NCBI GenBank assembly: GCA_016868775.1 | Contig: VGFT01000002.1 | Location: 195,830-259,829 of the forward strand | Direction of reading: 5' to 3' | From: Bacteroidota bacterium | GTDB lineage: Bacteria > Bacteroidota > Bacteroidia > Chitinophagales > Chitinophagaceae | Length of the DNA: 64,000 nucleotides | Shown here: positions 27,804 through 38,781 of the stretch, one piece after another | Layout: the number at the start of each line of letters is the position of its first letter | Numbering within the stretch: position 1 is the stretch's first letter | Made by a program: the position numbers and the translations under genes | The notes under the pieces: generated by a model | Database searches by the model: none | What the model saw: only the letters and a program-made list of their open reading frames with translations | What the model was told of the DNA's origin: nothing

Positions 27804-29225
27804 ATGGAAATCTTACATGTATCCGCAGAGTGTTATCCCATGGCAAAAGCCGGGGGATTGGGGGATGTCTTGGGTGCATTACCCAAATACCAGGAGCGGG
27901 CCGGGCATATCGCTAAAGTAGTGGTGCCCATGTACCGCACCCGTTATCTGTACAAGAAAGAATGGGAACTGGTTCATGAAGGACACCAGCAATTGGGCAG
28001 TTATTCCTTTCCCTACAGCGTGATCCGGGAACGTTCTCGGGAGTTGGGTTTCGACCTTTATTTAGTGGATGTGAATGAGCTGCTTGACCGTCCGAATATC
28101 TACGGGTACGACGACGATCCGCAACGCTTCTTGGCCTTTCAGGTTTGTGTGCTGGATTGGGTGAACAGTTGGAAGCATCGCCCCGATATCATTCATGTGC
28201 ACGACCATCACACAGGTCTGATTCCTTTTTTTATGAAATATGCGCATGCGTTTCGGGATCGGTTACACGATATTCCCTCTGTCTTTACCATCCACAATGC
28301 GCAATACCAAGGATGGCTGGGTTGGCAACACCGTGAGTGGCTGCCGCCGCACGACGAGTGGAAGTCGGGTTTGCTCGAATGGGCCGATCAGATCAATCCC
28401 CTGGCTGCTGCGATCAAATCGGCTTGGGTAGTGACAACCGTCAGCCCCAGTTACCTCGACGAACTTCGCCACCAGGCCAATGGATTAGAAAAACTGTTTG
28501 AGTATGAAAAAGGAAAATGCCGGGGTATTCTGAACGGCATCGATGCGGAGGTGTGGGATCCGCAGTCCGATCCTTTATTAATCAAGAATTACTCGAAGGA
28601 AGATCCGTTTCTCGGGAAATTGGCAAATAAGGAGAGCTTGTGTCGACAATTCGGATTGGATGCATCCAAGCCGTTGCTTACTTACATTGGACGACTGGTT
28701 CATGAAAAAGCGGCCGATCTGTTGCCGGAGGCGTTTTATCAATGCCTGCATCATTACCAGGCTCGCGTAAGCATTTTATTGCTCGGAAGCGGAGACCCGC
28801 GTTTGCAGTCGACTTTTCAGGAGATGGCGCATCGTCACAAGGGACTGTTCGGTGCCTATATCGGGTATTATGAAGAGCTAAGTCACCGTATATACGCGGG
28901 GGCTGATTTTTTGTTGATGCCCAGCCGCGTCGAGCCCTGCGGCCTGAATCAGTTTTATGCCATGCGTTATGGTACCCTTCCCTTGGTTCGAAATACAGGT
29001 GGTCTGAGGGATACGGTGGTGGATATGGGTGATCTGAACGGATTTGGAATCCGGTTTGACCAGGCAAGCGTGGGAGATATCGTATATTCGGTAGGCAGGG
29101 CCTTGGACCTTTATGAGCAAGATCCGGGTCATATGCAATCGATGCAGCGGCATATGATGGGGTTTGATCATTCTTGGGACCGATCCGCCGTTGAATATTT
29201 GGAGCTCTATCAATCGATTCGATAA
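27804..29225 (+). CDS. glgA: Glycogen synthase
   Basis: 'ECYPMAKAGGLGDV', 'HVHDHH', 'FTIHNAQYQG', 'PSRVEPCGLNQ'. Confidence 0.95.
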   Translation: MEILHVSAECYPMAKAGGLGDVLGALPKYQERAGHIAKVVVPMYRTRYLYKKEWELVHEGHQQLGSYSFPYSVIRERSRELGFDLYLVDVNELLDRPNIYGYDDDPQRFLAFQVCVLDWVNSWKHRPDIIHVHDHHTGLIPFFMKYAHAFRDRLHDIPSVFTIHNAQYQGWLGWQHREWLPPHDEWKSGLLEWADQINPLAAAIKSAWVVTTVSPSYLDELRHQANGLEKLFEYEKGKCRGILNGIDAEVWDPQSDPLLIKNYSKEDPFLGKLANKESLCRQFGLDASKPLLTYIGRLVHEKAADLLPEAFYQCLHHYQARVSILLLGSGDPRLQSTFQEMAHRHKGLFGAYIGYYEELSHRIYAGADFLLMPSRVEPCGLNQFYAMRYGTLPLVRNTGGLRDTVVDMGDLNGFGIRFDQASVGDIVYSVGRALDLYEQDPGHMQSMQRHMMGFDHSWDRSAVEYLELYQSIR

Positions 29226-29228
29226 GTT

Positions 29229-30521
29229 ATGGCCATTCGTACCATCTCCAATTCAAACGAGATCCTCTGTGTGATATTGGGAGGAGGAGCCGGCTCTCGT
29301 TTGTATCCGCTGACTTCCAGTCGTTCCAAGCCCGCCGTACCCATCGCGGGCAAGTACCGATTGGTCGACATTCCCATTTCCAACTGTTTGAACAACGGCA
29401 TTGGCCGCATGTTTGTGCTGACGCAATTCAATTCCGCCTCCCTGAACCGACACATTAAGAATACGTATCATTTCAGTGCGTTCAGCAAGGCCTTTGTGGA
29501 TATTTTGGCCGCGGAGCAGACACCCGATAATCCCACCTGGTATCAAGGAACCGCCGATGCGGTGCGACAAGGACTTCGTCACATCGAGCCCTTTGAAAGT
29601 GAATACGTACTGATCCTTTCCGGCGATCAGCTCTATCAAATAGATTTCGTGGAGATGCTGGAAAATCATAAAAAGTTGGGGGCAGCGATTTCCATCGCAA
29701 CCATTCCGGTAGGGGAGCGGGAGGCACCCGAGTTTGGCATCCTGAAAAGCAAAGAGGGACTCATCACTTCTTTTATCGAGAAACCAAATAAAGAATTATT
29801 GCCCGATTGGGTCAGCGATACCGGAGAGGAGATTAAAGCAAGCGGACGAAATTACTTGGCCTCGATGGGTATCTATATTTTCAACCGCGCCCTGCTGTTC
29901 GATCTGTTGCAGCATGAGTTTTTACAGTCAACCGATTTTGGGAAGGAGATCATCCCGCAATCGATCCAGCAATTCAAGGTGGCCAGTTACCAATACTCCG
30001 GATACTGGACCGACATTGGGAATACCCGTTCTTTTTTTGAAGCCAATTTGGAATTGACCAAGGACCTTCCGGCTTTTGATTTGTTTGACAGCGATCGGAC
30101 CATCTATACCCGTCCCCGTATGCTCCCCCCGGCCAAGGTCAGCGGTACCACCCTCGAAAAGGTTTTAGTGGCAGAGGGGTGCATTATTCACGCCTCCCGA
30201 CTGGAATACTCCGTGATCGGAATACGAAGCCGGATTGGTCACGGTACCACCATTGTACACTCTTACCTGATGGGGAGTGATTACTATGAAACCCTGGAAG
30301 AAATTGAAATGGCTGCAAAGGATGCTACTCCTGCGCTGGGGGTGGGGGAGCGCTGTTACATCCGCAATGCTATATTGGACAAAAATGTTCGCATCGGCAA
30401 CGATGTGCGCATAAATGGAGGAGATCATTTGTCGAACTCCGACCACCCGCTTTACACGGTGAAGGATGGGATCGTGGTGGTCAAGAAAGGTGCCATCCTG
30501 CCCGACGGATTTGTGATTTGA
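29229..30521 (+). CDS. glgC: Glucose-1-phosphate adenylyltransferase
   Basis: 'GGGAGSRLYPLTSSRSKPAVP', 'WYQGTADAV', 'ASMGIYIF'. Confidence 0.96.
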   Translation: MAIRTISNSNEILCVILGGGAGSRLYPLTSSRSKPAVPIAGKYRLVDIPISNCLNNGIGRMFVLTQFNSASLNRHIKNTYHFSAFSKAFVDILAAEQTPDNPTWYQGTADAVRQGLRHIEPFESEYVLILSGDQLYQIDFVEMLENHKKLGAAISIATIPVGEREAPEFGILKSKEGLITSFIEKPNKELLPDWVSDTGEEIKASGRNYLASMGIYIFNRALLFDLLQHEFLQSTDFGKEIIPQSIQQFKVASYQYSGYWTDIGNTRSFFEANLELTKDLPAFDLFDSDRTIYTRPRMLPPAKVSGTTLEKVLVAEGCIIHASRLEYSVIGIRSRIGHGTTIVHSYLMGSDYYETLEEIEMAAKDATPALGVGERCYIRNAILDKNVRIGNDVRINGGDHLSNSDHPLYTVKDGIVVVKKGAILPDGFVI

Positions 30522-30585
30522 GCGAACGTTGCACACATCGTGTATTGAATACATATTCTTGCTATCTTGGGGCAAATCGAATTCT

Positions 30586-31932
30586 ATGTCTACCGCATAC
30601 ACCGGCCCTAAACCCCGACTGAGTTTTTGGCAGATCTGGAATATGTGTTTCGGATTCTTTGGTATTCAATTTGGATGGAGCTTGCAGATGGGTAACATGA
30701 GTGCCATCTATGAATTTCTTGGGGCGGAAGCGGATGCGATTCCCGGTTTATGGCTCGCTGCTCCGATGACCGGCTTATTGGTTCAACCCATTGTGGGGTA
30801 TCTAAGTGATCGAACCTGGCATCCAACCTTGGGTCGGCGTAGGCCATTTTTTTTGGTCGGGGCTATTCTGAGTTCCCTTGCGTTGTTCATCATGCCCAAT
30901 TCCTCTGCCGTTTGGATGGCAGCCGGAACGCTTTGGATCCTGGATTCATGCATTAACATTACGATGGAGCCCTTTCGGGCTTTTGTGGCAGATAATCTGG
31001 ACGAGGAGCAGCAATCGTTTGGTTATGCGATGCAAAGCATGTTTATCGGGGCGGCCTCCTTTATAGCGGGGTTTTTGCCCGGACTCTTGGTTGATTGGAT
31101 CGGTGTTTCTCGCGAAAAAGGAGCCGGGGGCATTCCACAAAACATCATGTGGTCGTTTTATATCGGCTCGGCTGTTTTTCTGGTCGCGGTTTTGTATACG
31201 GTCTTCAAAAGTCAGGAGTATCCGCCCTCTGATCCGAACTGGAAGGAAAAGAAAACTGCGGCGCAGACCGATCTATTTTCCGGATTGCAAGACATCTTTC
31301 AGGCCATTGGCAATATGCCCGGTGCTTTTAAGCGGTTGGCATTGGTTCAATTTTTGACCTGGCCCGGACTTTTTCTCATGTGGTTCTACTACAGCACGGG
31401 CGTAGCGGCGGATATTTTCGGCGGTGATGCCCAAACAAATGCCATTCGATACACGGAGGGATTGGAATATGCCAATAAAACATCTGCGATCCTGAATTTG
31501 GTCACCTTTGCTTTTTCTTTTACCATACCATTCTGGGTAGTGCGATTGGGTAAAAAATGGGCGCATACCTTTTGTTTATTGCTGGGCGGGATGGGACTTA
31601 TCTCCGTCAATTTTATCCACGAGCCTTGGATGTTGTATGTTTCGATGAGCTTGGTCGGCATCGCTTGGGCCTCGATTCTCTCTATGCCTTATTCGATCCT
31701 GGCTGGTTCCATTCCGGCTGAAAAGACCGGCATCTACATGGGAGTTTTCAACTTTTTCATCGTCCTGCCGGAGATCATTGCCGCACTGAGCTTTGGGAAG
31801 ATAATGGAAAATCACCTACACAACGATCGGCTGCTTGCTGTACTCATTGGTGGTATACTTCTTTGCACCGCCGCTCTCGCCTGCGCTTTACTCGTAAAAG
31901 ATTCCTCCCCGAAAACTAAAACCTCACGTTGA
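30586..31932 (+). CDS. MFS transporter, maltose/sucrose (GPH/SLC45-like)
   Basis: 'FWQIWNMCFGFFGIQFGW', 'LVQPIVGYLSDRTW...GRRRPF', 'MEPFRAFVAD'. Confidence 0.88.
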   Translation: MSTAYTGPKPRLSFWQIWNMCFGFFGIQFGWSLQMGNMSAIYEFLGAEADAIPGLWLAAPMTGLLVQPIVGYLSDRTWHPTLGRRRPFFLVGAILSSLALFIMPNSSAVWMAAGTLWILDSCINITMEPFRAFVADNLDEEQQSFGYAMQSMFIGAASFIAGFLPGLLVDWIGVSREKGAGGIPQNIMWSFYIGSAVFLVAVLYTVFKSQEYPPSDPNWKEKKTAAQTDLFSGLQDIFQAIGNMPGAFKRLALVQFLTWPGLFLMWFYYSTGVAADIFGGDAQTNAIRYTEGLEYANKTSAILNLVTFAFSFTIPFWVVRLGKKWAHTFCLLLGGMGLISVNFIHEPWMLYVSMSLVGIAWASILSMPYSILAGSIPAEKTGIYMGVFNFFIVLPEIIAALSFGKIMENHLHNDRLLAVLIGGILLCTAALACALLVKDSSPKTKTSR

Positions 31933-31966
31933 ACTTCGATCGCTAAACACTGAACTCTTAAATTAT

Positions 31967-33832
31967 ATGCGTATAACAATCCTTCTTCTTTTATTCCCCT
32001 TCACTGCTTTGGCTCAACCCAAATGCTATCCCACCCACTGGTTCGCGGGATTCAAGGAAACTTCGCTTCAGTTGATCCTGCACGAAAACGATCTTTCGGC
32101 CTACACGGCTGTGTCGATTCAATATCCCGGGGTCAAATTGATCCGTATAAGAAGGGCAGAGAGTCCCAACTATCTGTTGTTGGATCTTCGAGTTGATCCT
32201 TCTGCTAAACCGGGAGTTTTCAAAATCGAATTAAACGGGAAGGGACTTGCCACCAAAAATGTATCCTACGAACTCAAGGTGCGCGCTCCTCAAAATGGAA
32301 AAAGTCGAATTCAAGGCGTTCAGAGCAGTGACTTTATATACTTGATCATGACCGATCGGTTTGCCAACGGAGATCCGTCCAACGACATCGTACAGGGCTA
32401 TCGAGATACCCTCTGCGAACGGACGAATAAATTTTCTCGTCACGGAGGCGACCTGAAAGGGGTGGTGGATCGGATGGGTTATCTGAAAGAACTAGGCGTA
32501 AGCACGGTTTGGCTCACCCCGGTAAATGAAAACGATATGCCCCGCATGAACGAGTGGGGAAATTCCGTAGCCGGTTATCATGGATATTGGTTTACGGATC
32601 ATTACCAGGTCGACAAACGGTTTGGCGGAAATGCCGCGTATCGGCAACTGTCGGATCGCTTACACCAGAACGGAATGAAACTGATCCAAGATGCTGTATA
32701 TAATCATATTGGCAGTTATCACTGGATCGCGCTGGATCCGCCTACTGCTGATTGGCTAAACAGTTCACAAGGGAAAAATCCACCACACCACCGCGAAGAG
32801 GTTTTTTTCGACCCCTACGCGTCGCAACAGGACAAACTACAGATGCTTGATGGTTGGTTCGTGCCGCATCTGCCCGACCTCAACCAACGCAACGCCGATG
32901 TAGCCAAATACCTGATCCAATACCATATATGGGCCACGGAAGAGTTCGGCGTAGATGGCTGGCGCGTTGATACTTACAAATACAACGAAGAGAAATTTTT
33001 GAACGAGATGAACGATGCCCTCACCCGTGAATTTCCTAAGCTGATGATATTTGGTGAGTCAATGGTAACCTCGCCGGTGGCCAATGCCTATTTTACCCGC
33101 AACAACATGATCACCCCCTTTAAGCACAACGCGGAAGGGATGTTGGATTTTCAGACCTGCTTTGCCATGATCGCAGCCGCTAAGGAAGAAAATGGTTGGA
33201 GCAACGGACTGATCAAACTTTATTATGCCCTGGCGCAGGACGTGCTCTATAAAGAACCGATGCGCAATTGCATTTTTCTGGACAACCACGACATGGATCG
33301 GATCTTTTCCGTACTGGGAGAGGATGAGGCTAAATTCAGAATGTGCATGAATTGGCTTTTCACCTTAAGGGGTATGCCCCAACTCTATTACGGGACCGAA
33401 GTGCTGATGAAAAATTATAAAGTAAATACTGATGCAACCGTGCGAGAGGATTTTCCAGGGGGCTGGCCAACCGATGACCCTTCCAAAAACCGGTTTCTAC
33501 CCACCGGCCGAACCGCTGAACAATCAAAGACTTTTGATTACATCAGCCGACTGGCTCAATTCCGTAAGTCCTCTTCCGCTCTGGGTGCCGGAAAACTGAT
33601 GCAATTCATCCCCCGGGAAGGTACCTATCTCTATTTTCGCTATACCAATCAGCAAACGGTTATGGTCATTGCCAACAGTTCCGAGAAATCCGTAAAACCG
33701 GATTGGACGATCTATCGCGAGCGGGTAGAGGGATTCACCCGGGCCCGGGATGTGGTCAGCGGGGAGATTTTTTCACTGACGGGCTGGTCAATCGGTTCCA
33801 AAGAAAGCCGTGTGCTGGAACTCCTGAAATAA
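31967..33832 (+). CDS. Secreted GH13 neopullulanase/cyclomaltodextrinase (SusA-like)
   Basis: Signal peptide; 'YLIMTDRFANGD', 'DAVYNH', 'GWRVDT', 'FLDNHD'; N-terminal cyclomaltodextrinase domain. Confidence 0.9.
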   Translation: MRITILLLLFPFTALAQPKCYPTHWFAGFKETSLQLILHENDLSAYTAVSIQYPGVKLIRIRRAESPNYLLLDLRVDPSAKPGVFKIELNGKGLATKNVSYELKVRAPQNGKSRIQGVQSSDFIYLIMTDRFANGDPSNDIVQGYRDTLCERTNKFSRHGGDLKGVVDRMGYLKELGVSTVWLTPVNENDMPRMNEWGNSVAGYHGYWFTDHYQVDKRFGGNAAYRQLSDRLHQNGMKLIQDAVYNHIGSYHWIALDPPTADWLNSSQGKNPPHHREEVFFDPYASQQDKLQMLDGWFVPHLPDLNQRNADVAKYLIQYHIWATEEFGVDGWRVDTYKYNEEKFLNEMNDALTREFPKLMIFGESMVTSPVANAYFTRNNMITPFKHNAEGMLDFQTCFAMIAAAKEENGWSNGLIKLYYALAQDVLYKEPMRNCIFLDNHDMDRIFSVLGEDEAKFRMCMNWLFTLRGMPQLYYGTEVLMKNYKVNTDATVREDFPGGWPTDDPSKNRFLPTGRTAEQSKTFDYISRLAQFRKSSSALGAGKLMQFIPREGTYLYFRYTNQQTVMVIANSSEKSVKPDWTIYRERVEGFTRARDVVSGEIFSLTGWSIGSKESRVLELLK

Positions 33833-33842
33833 CGCCGGTCAC

Positions 33843-35765
33843 ATGCCGCAAACCGAAAACCACGATAAGGTCTGGAACCATTCCTTGCTCACAGAAGCCG
33901 ATGTCCAAAATTTTCAGCAAGGAACGCACTACCGGCTCTATGAGGTGATGGGCAGCCGCGCAACGGAAATAAACGGCGTGGCTGGAATGTATTTCTGTGT
34001 TTGGGCCCCCAATGCCACGCAACTCTCTGTGAAAGGTCATTTCAACGGCTGGCGTGATCATGAGTATAATTTATATCCGCGGTGGGACAACAGCGGGATC
34101 TGGGAAGGGTTTATTCCCGGACTTGCCTTGGGAGAAACTTATAAATATCACATCACAGGATACGAGGGGTGTCGGCTGGATAAAGGCGACCCCTTCGCTC
34201 ATTTCTGGGAAAAAAGACCCCAGACAGCCTCCATTACCTGGTCGCTCGAATACAACTGGAACGATTCAAAATGGATGCGTCAACGAAAAAAACACAATGG
34301 CCTCGATGCCCCCTGGAGCATATATGAACTTCACCTGGCTAGTTGGCAACGACCGGTGCCTACCGACGAGGAAAGTTATAATACCTACGACCAGCTCCGC
34401 GAGCAACTCATTCCATACTTACAAGAGATGGCCTTTACGCATGTGGAGTTTATGCCCGTGATGGAGCATCCGTTCGACGGAAGCTGGGGCTATCAATGCA
34501 CGGGATTTTTTGCGCCCACCTCGCGATTTGGCGACCCGCAAGGGCTTATGCGATTGATCGATGCGCTGCATCAGGCCGGGATGGGCGTCATTCTCGATTG
34601 GGTGCCTTCCCATTTTCCGTATGATGCACACGGACTCTTTTTGTTCGATGGAACCCATACGTATGAATATGCCGATATGCGAAAGGGTTTTCATCCCGAT
34701 TGGAACAGCTATGTATTTAATTACAAACGGGGAGAAGTTAAATCCTTTCTGATCAGCAGTGCCCGGTTTTGGTTCGATAAATTTCACATCGATGGCATTC
34801 GCGTCGATGCCGTCTCCTCCATGCTCAAGCTGAATTACTCGCGCCAAACCGGTCAATGGGAACCCAACGAATTCGGGGGCGATGGAAACCTGGAGGCAAT
34901 TGCTTTCTTAAAAGAGCTGAATGAAACCATCTACCGCGATTTCCCGGATGTGCAAACGATGGCGGAAGAGGCCACCGACTGGCCCGGGATTTCTAAGCCA
35001 ACGGTGCAAGGCGGATTGGGGTTTGGGATGAAATGGATGATGGGTTGGATGCACGATACGCTGGATTATTTTAAGATCGATCCACTATTCCGAAAAGATC
35101 ATCAGGATACCCTCTCTTTCAGTATGATGTATTTTTTTGACGAGAATTTTTTGCTGCCGGTCAGCCACGATGAAGTGGTGCACGGGAAAAGCCCCCTGCT
35201 CTATAAAATGCCGGGCGATGAATGGCAAAAATTTGCCAACCTGAGGTTGCTGTATACGTATATGTGGACACATCCCGGGGCTAAACTTCTTTTTATGGGA
35301 GGCGAATTTGGTCAGACGTCCGAGTGGGATTACCGGACCGAGCTTTCTTGGGGTCTTCTATCCTTCGATTGCCACCGAAGCCTGCGTCATTGTGTAACGC
35401 GTCTGAATCAACTGCTTCGAAATGAACCTGCCATGTATGCCAATCAATTTACGACCGATGGATTCGAATGGGTTGATTTGCAAAACCGATCCGAATCGGT
35501 GATCGTTTACCGCCGAAAGGGTAGTAGACCGCAAGAGGACCTGTTGGTGATCTTAAACTTGACCCCCGTGGTTCGGTTGGATTGGTCGATCGAGTACACT
35601 GGAAGACCCTACAAAAAAGAGGTCTTCAATAGCGATGCTGCAGAATTCTGGGGAAGCGGCCAGGTTTTTAATCCCTCGATTCGTCACCAATGGATCGATA
35701 AAAAGGCTATACGGTCACAGATTATCGTAAATCTACCAGCCCTCAGCGGAATTGTACTTAAATAG
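33843..35765 (+). CDS. glgB: 1,4-alpha-glucan branching enzyme
   Basis: 'VWAPNA', 'SWGYQ', 'LDWVPSHF', 'GIRVDAVSSML', 'AEEAT', 'SHDEVVHGK'. Confidence 0.96.
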   Translation: MPQTENHDKVWNHSLLTEADVQNFQQGTHYRLYEVMGSRATEINGVAGMYFCVWAPNATQLSVKGHFNGWRDHEYNLYPRWDNSGIWEGFIPGLALGETYKYHITGYEGCRLDKGDPFAHFWEKRPQTASITWSLEYNWNDSKWMRQRKKHNGLDAPWSIYELHLASWQRPVPTDEESYNTYDQLREQLIPYLQEMAFTHVEFMPVMEHPFDGSWGYQCTGFFAPTSRFGDPQGLMRLIDALHQAGMGVILDWVPSHFPYDAHGLFLFDGTHTYEYADMRKGFHPDWNSYVFNYKRGEVKSFLISSARFWFDKFHIDGIRVDAVSSMLKLNYSRQTGQWEPNEFGGDGNLEAIAFLKELNETIYRDFPDVQTMAEEATDWPGISKPTVQGGLGFGMKWMMGWMHDTLDYFKIDPLFRKDHQDTLSFSMMYFFDENFLLPVSHDEVVHGKSPLLYKMPGDEWQKFANLRLLYTYMWTHPGAKLLFMGGEFGQTSEWDYRTELSWGLLSFDCHRSLRHCVTRLNQLLRNEPAMYANQFTTDGFEWVDLQNRSESVIVYRRKGSRPQEDLLVILNLTPVVRLDWSIEYTGRPYKKEVFNSDAAEFWGSGQVFNPSIRHQWIDKKAIRSQIIVNLPALSGIVLK

Positions 35766-35861
35766 CGACTGTTTTTTCCCGATCCCAGCCCATATTCCTT
35801 CATTCAACTTTGCCATTTGGAGTAGGCCCAGATACCTTTATGCCAACTCCAATTTTTTAAT

Positions 35862-36926
35862 ATGAAAAGGTATTATGTATTAATTTTTCTCACTTATCTG
35901 CTGATCGTGCTGCTTCTTTTTGGACCCAAACTGATGGCGCAGGGTAGTATTTCAGGCGACAGTGCCGCCTTTTATCTGAAACTTGCACAGGTAGATAAAC
36001 AGAATGGTAGACGCCTGGACATGTTGAAGAAATTGGACAAAGCGTTGACGTTCCACACTGCCGACCCCGCAACGCTTCAAGGAATGGGGGAGATGCTGTC
36101 CGATCTACGTAAATATGTGCAGGCCATGGAGAAATTTGACAAGGCCATTGCCATCAATTCCAACGATACGATATTGCTTCGACAAACATTGATGATGGCT
36201 TTTCAGCTTCAATTGTATGATCGGGTAATTGAAGTTGCCTCAATGCTCAAGAAAGTGGATCCTAAAGCATCTGTTGGCTTTTATCTCGGCAAGATCTATT
36301 ATCAAATGGACGACTACGGAAGAGCCATTGGGCAGCTAACGCAAGCAGCCAAGGAAAATCCCACCTTGGCTGAAATACCCTACTTGTTGGCAAAATGCTA
36401 TGCAGACATGACCAATTTTAAAGCCGCAATCCCGTACTTTATACAAGCACTGGTCCTGAACCCGAATCAGCCGCAGTGGGCATACGAATTGGGGTTAAGC
36501 TACTACGCTGTGCAAGACGATGTGAATGCACTTACTTACATACAACGGGCCGCTGCGGTCGGGTATAAAAAGGATAATGATTATATGGAAAACCTTTCGA
36601 TCGCTTATTTGAATGTAGGAATGTTCGAAGACGGGATTGTGATTTTAAAAGAGGCGCTTGGACGCCGTCCAGTCGATCTAAATCTTCTCAACTTAATGGG
36701 CGAAGCCCATTACGATCAAGGTAAATTCACTGAGGCGATGCAGTATTGGGACCGGATACTGGAGCAAGACAAGACAAACGCCTCCTCTCTTTATATGATC
36801 GGCATGTGCTATCAAAAAATGGGGGGCAATCAAGTATCTAAAGGTATTTCTCTTTGCGATCGGGCAATACAAATGGACCCAAGCCTGCCTAGCCTAAAGC
36901 AGAAGAAAATGACGGCCGGGTTATAA
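35862..36926 (+). CDS. Tetratricopeptide repeat protein, probably secreted
   Basis: Hydrophobic N-terminus followed by repeated TPR-like 34-aa helical units. Confidence 0.8.
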   Translation: MKRYYVLIFLTYLLIVLLLFGPKLMAQGSISGDSAAFYLKLAQVDKQNGRRLDMLKKLDKALTFHTADPATLQGMGEMLSDLRKYVQAMEKFDKAIAINSNDTILLRQTLMMAFQLQLYDRVIEVASMLKKVDPKASVGFYLGKIYYQMDDYGRAIGQLTQAAKENPTLAEIPYLLAKCYADMTNFKAAIPYFIQALVLNPNQPQWAYELGLSYYAVQDDVNALTYIQRAAAVGYKKDNDYMENLSIAYLNVGMFEDGIVILKEALGRRPVDLNLLNLMGEAHYDQGKFTEAMQYWDRILEQDKTNASSLYMIGMCYQKMGGNQVSKGISLCDRAIQMDPSLPSLKQKKMTAGL

Positions 36927-36927
36927 A

Positions 36928-38712
36928 TTACATTCGTTCCGGTACACGGATCCCCAAAAGTGCCATCGCCTCCGATATGGTAGCGGCTATCTCTTGACAA
37001 ATCTTTGTTCGGAGATATCTTTTTTCTTCCGACTCTGCTTGCATAACCGAATGCTCCGCATAAAACCCGTTGAATGATTTGGCTAGCGTGTAGGTATAAT
37101 TGGCTAAAACGGAGGGATTTTGCTCCTGAGCCGATTGATGAAGATGAGCGGGGTATTGGGCCAGGAGTACCAATAGCTCCTTCTCTTTTGGAAGTAGTGA
37201 CGCGTTGATCGGAATGGCCAATGGTTCTCCCGCTTTTCGAAGGATAGACCGAATACGCGCATGGGTGTATTGAATAAAGGGGCCAGTAAAGCCTTGAAAA
37301 TCGATCGACTCTTCCGGATTGAAAACCATTTTCTTTTTTGGATCTACCCGCAGTAAATAGAATTTCAAGGCGCCGAGCGCTAAGGTTTCATATAGTTCCT
37401 TTAGTTCCTGATGGGTGAAATCCTGCACCTTACCCAGCTCCTCCGTTTTTTTTCGCGCTACCTCCACCATTTCTTGGGTGATGTCATCTGCGTCCACTAC
37501 TGTCCCTTCCCGGCTTTTCATTCGTCCGGTTGGCAATTCCACCATCCCGTAACTTAAATGAAGGATTCCCTCTGCATACGGTTTGCCCAATTTTCGAAGG
37601 ATGAGTTTTAGCACCTTCATGTGGTAGTTCTGTTCATCGGCAATCACATAGATGCTTTGATCATATGCGAATTCGTCATATTTCTGCTGAGCCAGTCCCA
37701 GGTCTTGTGTAATATAAACCGATGTACCATCTTTGCGCAGTACCAGTTTTTCGTCTAGTCCGTCATCGGTCAGATCAATCCACACACTCCCATCTGGTTT
37801 GCGGAAGAACACACCCGATGTCAGTCCCTCTTCCACGAAAGTTTTACCAAGCAGGTAGGTCTCGCTCTCATAGTAAATTTTGTCAAAATCAGCCCCAACG
37901 CGCTGGTAGGTTTGGTCAAAACCCTCATATACCCAGTCGTTCATTATTTTCCAGAGCTCCCGCGTAGCGGCATCACCTTGTTCCCAGCGCAAGAGCATTT
38001 CTTGTGTTGCCTTCAGGATCGGTGCCTCTTGCTCGGCTCTTTCTTTGGTCATTCCCTCCGCAACTAAGGCGTCCACTTCTTTTTTATAGGCATCATTGAA
38101 TAGAACATAATAATGACCTACAAAATGATCGCCTTTCATTCCGGTGGTAGTGGGGGTTGCTCCCTTCCCAAAGCGTTGCCAAGCAATCATGCTCTTGCAG
38201 ATATGAATACCGCGATCGTTCACCACGCAACTTTTCACAACCGATTGTCCCATCTTTTTCAAGATGGCGGATATACTCCATCCCAAAAAAATGTTTCGAA
38301 GATGACCCAAATGCAGCGGCTTGTTGGTATTCGGAGAGGAATATTCCACCAGTACCCGTTGGCGGGGCCGAGGGGTGTCGACAGACGTTTTGTTTTGGCT
38401 TGTACGGGTAAAGTCCTCAATCCATTTTTTATCCGGGATTGAAAGGTTTAAAAATCCTTTTACGACTTGAAAGGCGGAAAAAAGCGCAGGCTGTTTTTTT
38501 AGAAGGGATGCTCCTACGGATTGACCGATCTGGTCGGGGGAAGACCCCAAGGTCTTAGCCAGTCCAAAGAGAACCAGCGTAAAGTCGCCTTCAAACTCGG
38601 GTTTTGTTTGATTGATCACCAACGAATCGGATGAGCCCTGCCAGGAGAAATTCTCAGCCAGCACCTGATGAATGGCCAGACGGACTTGTTGATTTAGGGA
38701 TAACTCCTGCAT
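36928..38712 (-). CDS. argS: Arginyl-tRNA synthetase
   Basis: 'EYSSPNTNKPLHLGHLRN' HIGH motif, 'MKSREG', 'GPFIQYTHAR', C-terminal 'PERM'. Confidence 0.98.
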   Translation of the reverse strand: MQELSLNQQVRLAIHQVLAENFSWQGSSDSLVINQTKPEFEGDFTLVLFGLAKTLGSSPDQIGQSVGASLLKKQPALFSAFQVVKGFLNLSIPDKKWIEDFTRTSQNKTSVDTPRPRQRVLVEYSSPNTNKPLHLGHLRNIFLGWSISAILKKMGQSVVKSCVVNDRGIHICKSMIAWQRFGKGATPTTTGMKGDHFVGHYYVLFNDAYKKEVDALVAEGMTKERAEQEAPILKATQEMLLRWEQGDAATRELWKIMNDWVYEGFDQTYQRVGADFDKIYYESETYLLGKTFVEEGLTSGVFFRKPDGSVWIDLTDDGLDEKLVLRKDGTSVYITQDLGLAQQKYDEFAYDQSIYVIADEQNYHMKVLKLILRKLGKPYAEGILHLSYGMVELPTGRMKSREGTVVDADDITQEMVEVARKKTEELGKVQDFTHQELKELYETLALGALKFYLLRVDPKKKMVFNPEESIDFQGFTGPFIQYTHARIRSILRKAGEPLAIPINASLLPKEKELLVLLAQYPAHLHQSAQEQNPSVLANYTYTLAKSFNGFYAEHSVMQAESEEKRYLRTKICQEIAATISEAMALLGIRVPERM

Positions 38713-38781
38713 ATCCGCAAATTTACGATCCGATTTGGCATTTGAGCTCTCATTCGATTACTTTGTCGCGTGCGAAACCGT

